A stretch of DNA of 64,000 bases. Origin: Candidatus Xenobia bacterium. Lineage in GTDB: Bacteria; Vulcanimicrobiota; Xenobia; Xenobiales; QWHO01. The translations under genes were made by a program, and so were the position numbers. Location: assembly GCA_045863235.1 (NCBI GenBank), contig BTUM01000016.1:32001-96000 (forward strand), in the 5' to 3' direction. The notes under the pieces are model-generated. The model saw only the letters and a list, made by a program, of their open reading frames with translations. It made no database searches and was not told where the DNA came from. Every line of letters starts with the position of its first letter. Within the stretch, counting starts at the first letter, position 1. This document shows positions 57,566 through 64,000 of this stretch, one piece after another.

Positions 57566-58651
57566 TCAGGGCAGGGCGTGCCGGGCGTCGAAGAACGCCT
57601 TCCAGAGCGGCCCGCGGCGCTTGGAAATACGCTGCTCGAGGTAGCGCCGCAGGCGCTTGACGTCCTCGGCGTTGTCCTTGATGGCCGTTCCCAGGATGCA
57701 CTCCATCAGGTCCTCGGGGTTGGCGGACCGGCCGCCCAGGTAGTGGGCCCGGATGCCCACGGCGTGGGCCACCGAGACCGCCTCGGCGGTGGACATGGCG
57801 GTGCTGAGGCGCTCCAGAGCGTCGCCCTCGGGGGTCTTGCCTTCGCGCAACTCGCGGAACGTGGTCACCAGGATTTCCAGCAGGTCGCGCGGGGGTGCCT
57901 GGGGCACCCCCGAGCGCTGCAGGAGCTGAGCCGTCTCGCGCTCGACCAGCTCCAGCTCCACCTCACGGTCTGCGATGGGGAACACGGTTTCGAAGTTGAA
58001 GCGGCGCTTGAGAGCGGCGCTCATCTCGTTGGTGCCCCGGTCGCGGGTGTTGGCCGTGGCCAGCAGGTTGAAGCCCTCGCGGGCGTAGAGCCGGGTTTCC
58101 TCGCCCTCGAGCTCGGGCAGGAACAGCACCCGGTCGGACAACACCGAAAGCAGCGAATCCTGAATCTCGCTCGGGCAGCGAGTGATCTCCTCGAAGCGCA
58201 CCACTTTGCCGTGCAGCATGCCGAGATAGAGCGGAGCCGGCACCAGCGCCTTGCGGCTGGGCCCCTCGGCCAGCAGCAGGGCGTAGTTCCAGCCGTACTT
58301 GATCTGGTCTTCGGTGGTGGCGGCGCTGCCCTGGATGGTCAGGGTGGACTCGCCGCTGACGGCCGCGGCCAGAAGCTCGGACAAGAACGACTTGGCCGTG
58401 CCCGGCTCGCCCACGAGCAAGAGCCCGCGGTTGGTGGCCAGGGCCACCATGGCCCGATCCACCAGCGAGGGGTTGCCCACGAACTTGGGCCGGATCTTCT
58501 GTTTGGGATCGCCCAGAATGAAGCTGCGCACCGCCCGGGGCGAGAGGGCCCAACCGGGCGGGCGCGGGTCTTTGTCGCTCTTTCTCAGCCGGGCCAGCTC
58601 GTCGGCGTAGACCAGCTCGGCCGGAGGGCGCTGCAGGCTATCGGTGGACAC
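57566..58651 (-). CDS. MoxR-type AAA+ ATPase (YehL-like)
   Basis: RPPAE, RPPGWALSP, GEPGTAKS, RFEEITR, ATANTRDRG.NEMSAALKRRFNF; GTG start inferred. Confidence 0.9.
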   Translation of the reverse strand: MSTDSLQRPPAELVYADELARLRKSDKDPRPPGWALSPRAVRSFILGDPKQKIRPKFVGNPSLVDRAMVALATNRGLLLVGEPGTAKSFLSELLAAAVSGESTLTIQGSAATTEDQIKYGWNYALLLAEGPSRKALVPAPLYLGMLHGKVVRFEEITRCPSEIQDSLLSVLSDRVLFLPELEGEETRLYAREGFNLLATANTRDRGTNEMSAALKRRFNFETVFPIADREVELELVERETAQLLQRSGVPQAPPRDLLEILVTTFRELREGKTPEGDALERLSTAMSTAEAVSVAHAVGIRAHYLGGRSANPEDLMECILGTAIKDNAEDVKRLRRYLEQRISKRRGPLWKAFFDARHALP

Positions 58652-58691
58652 GAGGGCCGCGTTCGACCGCCCGGGGTGGGTTCCCTGGGTT

Positions 58692-58730
58692 GTCAGGCTC
58701 CTTTCAGCCGTCGGGCTTACACTGTTCCCT
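58692..58730 (+). promoter_or_regulatory. TTCAG direct-repeat leaderless promoter
   Basis: GTCAG-GCTCCT-TTCAG, 10 nt, TACACT, 7 nt, ATG. Confidence 0.7.
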
Positions 58731-59882
58731 ATGCTGCGACCCGTGTACGCCGCCTCGGCCAACCCGCTCTACGCGCTGCAATCTCGGCGCGAGAACGAGG
58801 TGGTGGCCTGGCGCGAGAAGTTTGAGGGCGACTCCTGCCGCCACCCCTCTGGCTCGGTGGTGGTGAGCGACGGCCAGCGCCTGATCAAGCTCTCCGAGAC
58901 GGGCCATAGCGAGTGGAAGGTGGACAACGGCAAGTGGACTCCTTTCCGCCCGGCCGCCTTGCCCAACGGCGGCGCGGTCTGGTCGCCCGGCGGGAAGGGC
59001 ATCACTTTCTACACACCCGGGGGCGCGGTGCAGAAAGTTTGGGGGGGCGAGCACCAGACCCAGACCACCGTCCCCACCGTGGCCCCCGATGGCACCGCTT
59101 ACGTCTGCCTGCGCACCGAGGACGGCTCGGTGCTGGCCGCCCTGCGAAGTGACCAGGACGAGCCTGTGTGGGTAGCCAGACTCCCCTTCTTCGGCTCCGG
59201 GCCGTGCCTGCCGGATGGGCAGGGCGGCGTGATCTTCCGCACCGACGACGACCGGGTGCTCTCCCTCGATAAGGACGGCCAGGAGCGCTGGTGCCAGAAG
59301 CTGCCCGTGCGGGTCGACGGCCAGCTGGCTCTGGGCCCGAAGGGCGAGATCTACATCGGCTCGGAGAAGGGCCAGGTCTACCGTCTGGCCCCCGAGGACG
59401 GCGCTGTCACCCCCTTCTTCAAAGCCCGCAAGGCGGTCAGGGCGGCGCCCACGGTGACCGAGGAGGGCCGGGTCTACCTCACCAGCTTCGACCACAACCT
59501 CTACGCCGTCAGCCCCGAGGGCAAGGAGTTGTGGCACCACGACTGCGAGGACCTGGTGGACAGCTCGCCGGCCGTGCTCGATGACGAGACCGTGGTGGTA
59601 GGCAGCAACGCTGGCAAGGTCTGGGGCCTGTCTCCCGAGGGCGAGGAGCGCTGGTCGCAGGAAGTCGATTTCTGGGTCGAGGGCGCCATCCTGAGCGACG
59701 GACGCACGGCCTACGTGGCCGGCAAGGACGAGGTGGTGGCTCTGCGCCCGGGTGGCATCGCGGCCGACCTGGACGACTTTGCGATCGCGCCCGCCAACCA
59801 GGTCGGCGAGCACGGGGGCAAGGTGGTGGTGGGCGGGGTGCGTCTGCCACGCTGCACCCGGCGTGGAACAGGCTGCGACTGA
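58731..59882 (+). CDS. PQQ-like beta-propeller protein with C-terminal GGV tail
   Basis: Repeats such as YLTSFDHNLYAVSPEGKELW; tail NQVGEHGGKVVVGGVRLPR. Confidence 0.85.
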   Translation: MLRPVYAASANPLYALQSRRENEVVAWREKFEGDSCRHPSGSVVVSDGQRLIKLSETGHSEWKVDNGKWTPFRPAALPNGGAVWSPGGKGITFYTPGGAVQKVWGGEHQTQTTVPTVAPDGTAYVCLRTEDGSVLAALRSDQDEPVWVARLPFFGSGPCLPDGQGGVIFRTDDDRVLSLDKDGQERWCQKLPVRVDGQLALGPKGEIYIGSEKGQVYRLAPEDGAVTPFFKARKAVRAAPTVTEEGRVYLTSFDHNLYAVSPEGKELWHHDCEDLVDSSPAVLDDETVVVGSNAGKVWGLSPEGEERWSQEVDFWVEGAILSDGRTAYVAGKDEVVALRPGGIAADLDDFAIAPANQVGEHGGKVVVGGVRLPRCTRRGTGCD

Positions 59883-59893
59883 TTCGCTGGGCG

Positions 59894-61339
59894 TCATCGT
59901 GGGCGGATGAGGGGTTCCAAAGCGGTGGTCTCGACCCACAATCGCTCCAACTCGCGGGGCTCGCGCTCGAGGTACGGGAAAGCTTGCAGCGTTCGCCGCG
60001 TGGCCTGGTGCTCGCGGGCCGCGGCCAGCTTGTCCCCTCGCTCCCACAGCGTGCGGATCAGCACATAGCGAGCCTCCAGCTTGAGGGGAGCTCTCGCAAG
60101 CACTTTGCGCAGCAGGCGCAGCTGCGCCTTCGGCTTTGCTCTCATGCGCAGAGCCAGCTGCCAGTAACCCTCGGCCGGCTGGGCCAGGGCTCGGATTGCC
60201 TGACGCGCCATCCGGTGGGCGAAAGGCGGGCAGTGCTCGGCCAGGAGCAACCAGGCTTTCCAGAGCACAAGCCGCTCGCGTTGGGTGGGATAGCGCTGCC
60301 AGCGGAGTCGGAACTGGTTGCCCACCCGGGGATAGAACTCGATAGGAACGAAGGCCTGATCTTCTTGCACGACCTCGGTCAGCAGCGTGACGGCCTCTTC
60401 GGGTTGGTGGCGGCGAAGATGCAGCTGGGCCAGGTTCAGGTAGGCCATCCTGCCCAGTCCGATAGCCTTCTCGAAGCACGCCCGGGCTTCGTCGCGCAGG
60501 GCACCCTGGCGCTCCTCATCGGGCTCGAAGTCGGCCCGGGTGGCCAGCAGGCAGCCCAGCAGGTTGGCTCGGCGCGGCGTGGTGGGCCGCAGGGCCGCAC
60601 ATGCTTTTTCCAGGTTCGTGCGCCGCTCGGAGCAATAGACCTGACGCTCCCACCAGCAAGGACTGACGCGTCGACTTCGGGCGGGGAGGTCTTGCAGCGC
60701 TTGCTCCCAGGCCTGGCGCCAGGTCTGGTTGCTCGATTGCCTCCTGGCCACCTCGGCCCGACGAGCCGGCTCATCGTGCAGAAACCTTGCCTCGATCCGG
60801 CTCAGGGGCAACGAGCCGCACGCCAGGGCCTGGGAGGTCAGCTCGGGATCGTGTGTCAGGGTGATGCGGGTGCGGCGCAGGAAGTCGGCCTTCTGGATCT
60901 CATCCAGACCGGCCTGAAACTGAGCGGTCGACAGCTCGGCCCCCTGGCAGAGCAAGCGCAGGTCGTCCGGGGGCGGCCCGGGGTGGCCGAAGTCGCGCTC
61001 GAACTGAGGCTCGTCCAGGGGGTAGTGCAGCTCCGAATCGTAGCCCGCCGGAACAGCCTTGATCGCATCCACGGGCAGGCTGCTGGCGACCCGGGCGCGC
61101 TCGCGGTCAGGGACGAAGAGGACCGTGGGACAGGGCACCCGGGGCAGATTGCGGGGAAGTTGCCCGAGCTGGGCGGGAAACAGCAGCATCAGATCGGGGT
61201 TGTCCAGGGGTTGCTCGAGCGGCCAGAGCTGGTGGCTCGCCAGAGCCTCGCGCGCCTGGCGGCCGAGCCGGGTGGGACCGGGATCACCCAGCCAGATGTG
61301 CAGGGGCCGAGGCTCGGGAACAGAAGCTTGGCTGGCCAT
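59894..61339 (-). CDS. Degenerate glycosyltransferase-like (CgeB-type) domain plus TPR-like region
   Basis: P.GYD...HYP, ALACG.L, ARRAEVAR...TW patterns; helical TPR-like C-half; start uncertain. Confidence 0.55.
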   Translation of the reverse strand: MASQASVPEPRPLHIWLGDPGPTRLGRQAREALASHQLWPLEQPLDNPDLMLLFPAQLGQLPRNLPRVPCPTVLFVPDRERARVASSLPVDAIKAVPAGYDSELHYPLDEPQFERDFGHPGPPPDDLRLLCQGAELSTAQFQAGLDEIQKADFLRRTRITLTHDPELTSQALACGSLPLSRIEARFLHDEPARRAEVARRQSSNQTWRQAWEQALQDLPARSRRVSPCWWERQVYCSERRTNLEKACAALRPTTPRRANLLGCLLATRADFEPDEERQGALRDEARACFEKAIGLGRMAYLNLAQLHLRRHQPEEAVTLLTEVVQEDQAFVPIEFYPRVGNQFRLRWQRYPTQRERLVLWKAWLLLAEHCPPFAHRMARQAIRALAQPAEGYWQLALRMRAKPKAQLRLLRKVLARAPLKLEARYVLIRTLWERGDKLAAAREHQATRRTLQAFPYLEREPRELERLWVETTALEPLIRPR

Positions 61340-61730
61340 GAGAAAGGTTCTTTCGCTTCTGCTGGTCTGGGCCTGCCTGGTGGGCACTCTGGCCGCCCAG
61401 CCCACCGACCAGGGCCCCGAGTCCTTTGTGGACTACTACCTGAAGGCCTGGTCCAGGGGCGACTTTCAGAGCACCTACGCCTGCCTGAGCAGCCGCATGA
61501 AGAAGGCGCTCAGCTTCGAGAAGCACGTCAAGTCGTTGTCGTTCTCGGTACAGACCCCGGAGCAAAAGGAGAACCTGGCCGGCGCGGAGGTGCTCGAGGT
61601 TGCTCCGGTGCAGGGCAAGAACGGGGTGGATCCCATGCGCAAACGCGTACGCGTGCGCTACAAGGACGGCACCGAGGCGATGTTCATGCTGCTCTCCGAG
61701 AGCGGCCACTGGAAGCTGGACGGCCCCTGA
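61338..61730 (+). CDS. Small secreted NTF2-like protein
   Basis: Signal peptide; PESFV..YL.AW..GDF..TY..LS; L..ESGHWKL. Confidence 0.75.
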   Translation: MRKVLSLLLVWACLVGTLAAQPTDQGPESFVDYYLKAWSRGDFQSTYACLSSRMKKALSFEKHVKSLSFSVQTPEQKENLAGAEVLEVAPVQGKNGVDPMRKRVRVRYKDGTEAMFMLLSESGHWKLDGP

Positions 61731-62164
61731 AGTACGCCCGCCTCGAGTTGGAGCGGCGCTGGCTGGTTCCCTCGCCCCCGCCCGGGTGGACCCCGGAATC
61801 TCCTCACCGCGTGCTGGAAGACCGTTATCTGGAAGGCACCCGGCTGCGCCTGCGCAAGTCGACTTGCTCTGCTTCCGGGGACGTCGTCTACAAGCTGGGT
61901 CAGAAACTGCCCTGCGGACCTGCCACCCACCGGAAGTTGACCAACCTGTATCTCTCACAGGGGGAGCATCGTCTGCTGGCCAACCTCCCCGCCCGCGCTC
62001 TGTGCAAGCGACGCTACCGCATCGGGGAGCTGGTGCTGGACGTGCTCGAGTCGGGCCTGATGCTGGCCGAGGCCGAGTTCGCCTCGGAGGAAGAGATGGC
62101 TGACTTCGTTCCGCCTGTGTGGGTGGGCGAGGAAGTGAGCCTGATGCCTGAGTGGCCCCTATGA
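61727..62164 (+). CDS. CYTH-like (triphosphate tunnel) protein; apparent CTG start
   Basis: KYARLELERRWL, DRYL.GTRLRLR, KRRY, LAEAEF; CTGA overlap with upstream stop. Confidence 0.7.
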   Translation: MKYARLELERRWLVPSPPPGWTPESPHRVLEDRYLEGTRLRLRKSTCSASGDVVYKLGQKLPCGPATHRKLTNLYLSQGEHRLLANLPARALCKRRYRIGELVLDVLESGLMLAEAEFASEEEMADFVPPVWVGEEVSLMPEWPL

Positions 62165-63493
62165 GGGCCGGGCGGCCAGGGCTTTGCGGGCTTCCCCGGA
62201 GACGTAGCTGTTGCCCGACTCGACCAGCTCCTCCAGCTGCGGCACCAGAGGGGACCAGTCGTGCTCTTTGGCCTGCAAGGCAAGCTCGCTGGCGCAGGGC
62301 CCGGGATGGGCCCGCATCAGACGGCTCAGCTCCGCCCAGTCTTCCCTCGCTGTCCAGTACGCGGTCAGGGCGGCCGCGGCGTAGTCTCGCGCCAACTCAT
62401 TCTTACCATTGAGCACCTGGCGCAGGCACTCGAGAGCCGGAGCCAGGTCGTGACCCGCCCGCGCAGCCGCGGCCAGGCGGGCGGAGAAGTCGCTGGACGT
62501 CCGGGGCCGGGTGGCCATGATGCCCAGGCTGGCGATCACCTCGGGCGCGACCGGGCCTCGATCCATTTCGTGCTTCAAGATCCATGAGGCGGCTCGCAGG
62601 TCAAGGCATTGACCGGCCTCGAGCAGAGTGCACAGCGGAGCCAGCACGAAGGGCAGAGCGGCCCCCTTGCGCGAGAGAGCCTCCAGCCCGCGCAGCAGGG
62701 GCAGCGACAGCTCACGGTCGTTCAAACGAGCAGCCGCCTCCGGAGCCAGCTCGGCCACCGGCCGGCCTTCCCCGGCCAGGTAGGACCAGAGGCGAGCGGC
62801 CGGAGGGGTCCAGAGCTCACGGATGGCCTGCAGCGTCGCGGCCACCTCTCCGGTCCGCATCAGCAGAGCCACCGCCCGGTCAGCGGCGGGCCCCTTGAGG
62901 AGCTCGCGGGCCAGACCCGCAAAGGGGCTGAGGGCTTCCGGCGGCAGGCAGATGAGCAGCTCGCCCTGCTCGATGGGGCCGAGCCGGTCGAGCAGGGTCT
63001 GGAGCTTCTCCGGATTGCTCGCGTGGTGGTGGGCCAGCAGCGTCAGGGAGCGGGGGACGTCCAGGTTCTCCTCCAGCGGCTCGACGACTTCGGGGGCCAG
63101 CGGCTCGGTGAGGGCCAGCACCGCCTCGCGCCGAACGTGAGCCTGCGGATGGCGCAGCATCTCGGCCAGCTCCTCCCAGCGCGCCTGCTCGGCCAGGGCA
63201 CCGCACACCCCCCAGGCGGCCTCGGTGCGCACGAAACGGTCCGGGTGCTCGAGCCGGGTGGGATCGCTCGCGGGACGCAGGCGCTCGAGTCGGTACTCCT
63301 CGTCGAGCGTCATGTCGTCGTACTCGCGGGTATAGCTGTAGAGGTAGCGGTTGCCGCACTCAGGACAGGTTGCCGATGCCGACTCGGCCTCGGGATCGAT
63401 CCCCAGCCGTTTCAGCTCAGGCGGGACGGAGCTCACGTGGGAGACGTGGACCACCCGCTCGAGCTTGCTGCAGATCGAGCAAGGCTCAGCCAC
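62159..63493 (-). CDS. HEAT/ARM-like repeat protein with N-terminal Cys pairs
   Basis: CSIC...CPECG; VRTEAAW, VRREAVLAL, ARDYAAAAL. Confidence 0.7.
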   Translation of the reverse strand: MAEPCSICSKLERVVHVSHVSSVPPELKRLGIDPEAESASATCPECGNRYLYSYTREYDDMTLDEEYRLERLRPASDPTRLEHPDRFVRTEAAWGVCGALAEQARWEELAEMLRHPQAHVRREAVLALTEPLAPEVVEPLEENLDVPRSLTLLAHHHASNPEKLQTLLDRLGPIEQGELLICLPPEALSPFAGLARELLKGPAADRAVALLMRTGEVAATLQAIRELWTPPAARLWSYLAGEGRPVAELAPEAAARLNDRELSLPLLRGLEALSRKGAALPFVLAPLCTLLEAGQCLDLRAASWILKHEMDRGPVAPEVIASLGIMATRPRTSSDFSARLAAAARAGHDLAPALECLRQVLNGKNELARDYAAAALTAYWTAREDWAELSRLMRAHPGPCASELALQAKEHDWSPLVPQLEELVESGNSYVSGEARKALAARPS

Positions 63494-64000
63494 GGATGTT
63501 CTGGCGCAGGTGCTCGACGCGCTCGGCGGGAGGCCCGTGGGCGTCGTCTTCCTCGTCCCAACTGCTCAGGACCTGCAGGGCGGCCTCGGCCGGATAGCCA
63601 GCCTGGCCCATCAGCTCCACCGCCCGGCGGTCGGCGGAGTATTCCTCGGCGCGCTGCAGCTTGACCCACTCCTGCTCGAGCCGGACGGTATCCTCGCCCG
63701 CGCTGCGTAGCAGCGAGACGAGCGTTTTCTGGCCCCGCTGCACCACCTGCGCCCGGTTCTCGAGGTGGGCCATCTCGTGAGCCAGGATGAAGGCCAGCTG
63801 GGCCTCCATCGGAAAGGCCTGCAGAATACCCCGGGTGGCGTAGATGTAGCCCCCGTAGATCGATTGAGCCTGCTGCTCCTCGCTCTCCACCACCGAAAAA
63901 CGCCAGTCCAGCGGGCGGTTGGCATGCCGGGAGAGCTTTTCCCCCACCGCCTCCAGCCGGCCATCGGGACGCTCGGCCAGGGCAAAGCCGTTCTCGTAGC
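63486..64000 (-). CDS. M48-family metallopeptidase (5'-partial)
   Basis: GGYIYATRGIL, LAFILAHEMAH, EYSAD, HGP..ER. Confidence 0.82.
   Translation of the reverse strand, partial: YENGFALAERPDGRLEAVGEKLSRHANRPLDWRFSVVESEEQQAQSIYGGYIYATRGILQAFPMEAQLAFILAHEMAHLENRAQVVQRGQKTLVSLLRSAGEDTVRLEQEWVKLQRAEEYSADRRAVELMGQAGYPAEAALQVLSSWDEEDDAHGPPAERVEHLRQNIRG

Overview
GC-rich bacterial chromosomal segment, almost fully coding, with about 55 genes. No rRNA, tRNA, CRISPR array or transposase is recognisable. Known modules: a kdpD/kdpE-like two-component pair, an SphA-type channel plus arylsulfatase, DsbD, Ku plus ATP-dependent ligase, a vapBC toxin-antitoxin pair, a class D beta-lactamase coupled to an ABC-F ATPase, a cobalamin riboswitch over btuFCD plus a CAP lipoprotein, ada/alkA-ogt, an RNA-repair-like trio (methyltransferase, RNA ligase, HD-kinase) and a split yehL/M/P/Q-type MoxR-VWA cluster. 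Most striking: five unrelated proteins scattered on both strands end in the same ungapped ~20-residue tail, [SN]x[IV]x[EQ]xxxxVx[VF]G[GS][VA]x[LV] followed by basic residues. Four of their genes share a leaderless promoter with fixed geometry (TTCAG-N6-TTCAG-N10-hexamer-N6-8-ATG), and the fifth lies directly behind one of them. This looks like a co-regulated cargo set with a C-terminal targeting signal. Also notable: an HMA-domain gene with an in-frame UGA at the first Cys position (candidate selenoprotein), an XRE-HTH/Vsr-like nuclease gene followed by a ~19-nt-period GGATCC mini-array, and a CTAG-flanked MITE-like hairpin repeat. Family calls come from motif recognition only; no searches were run.
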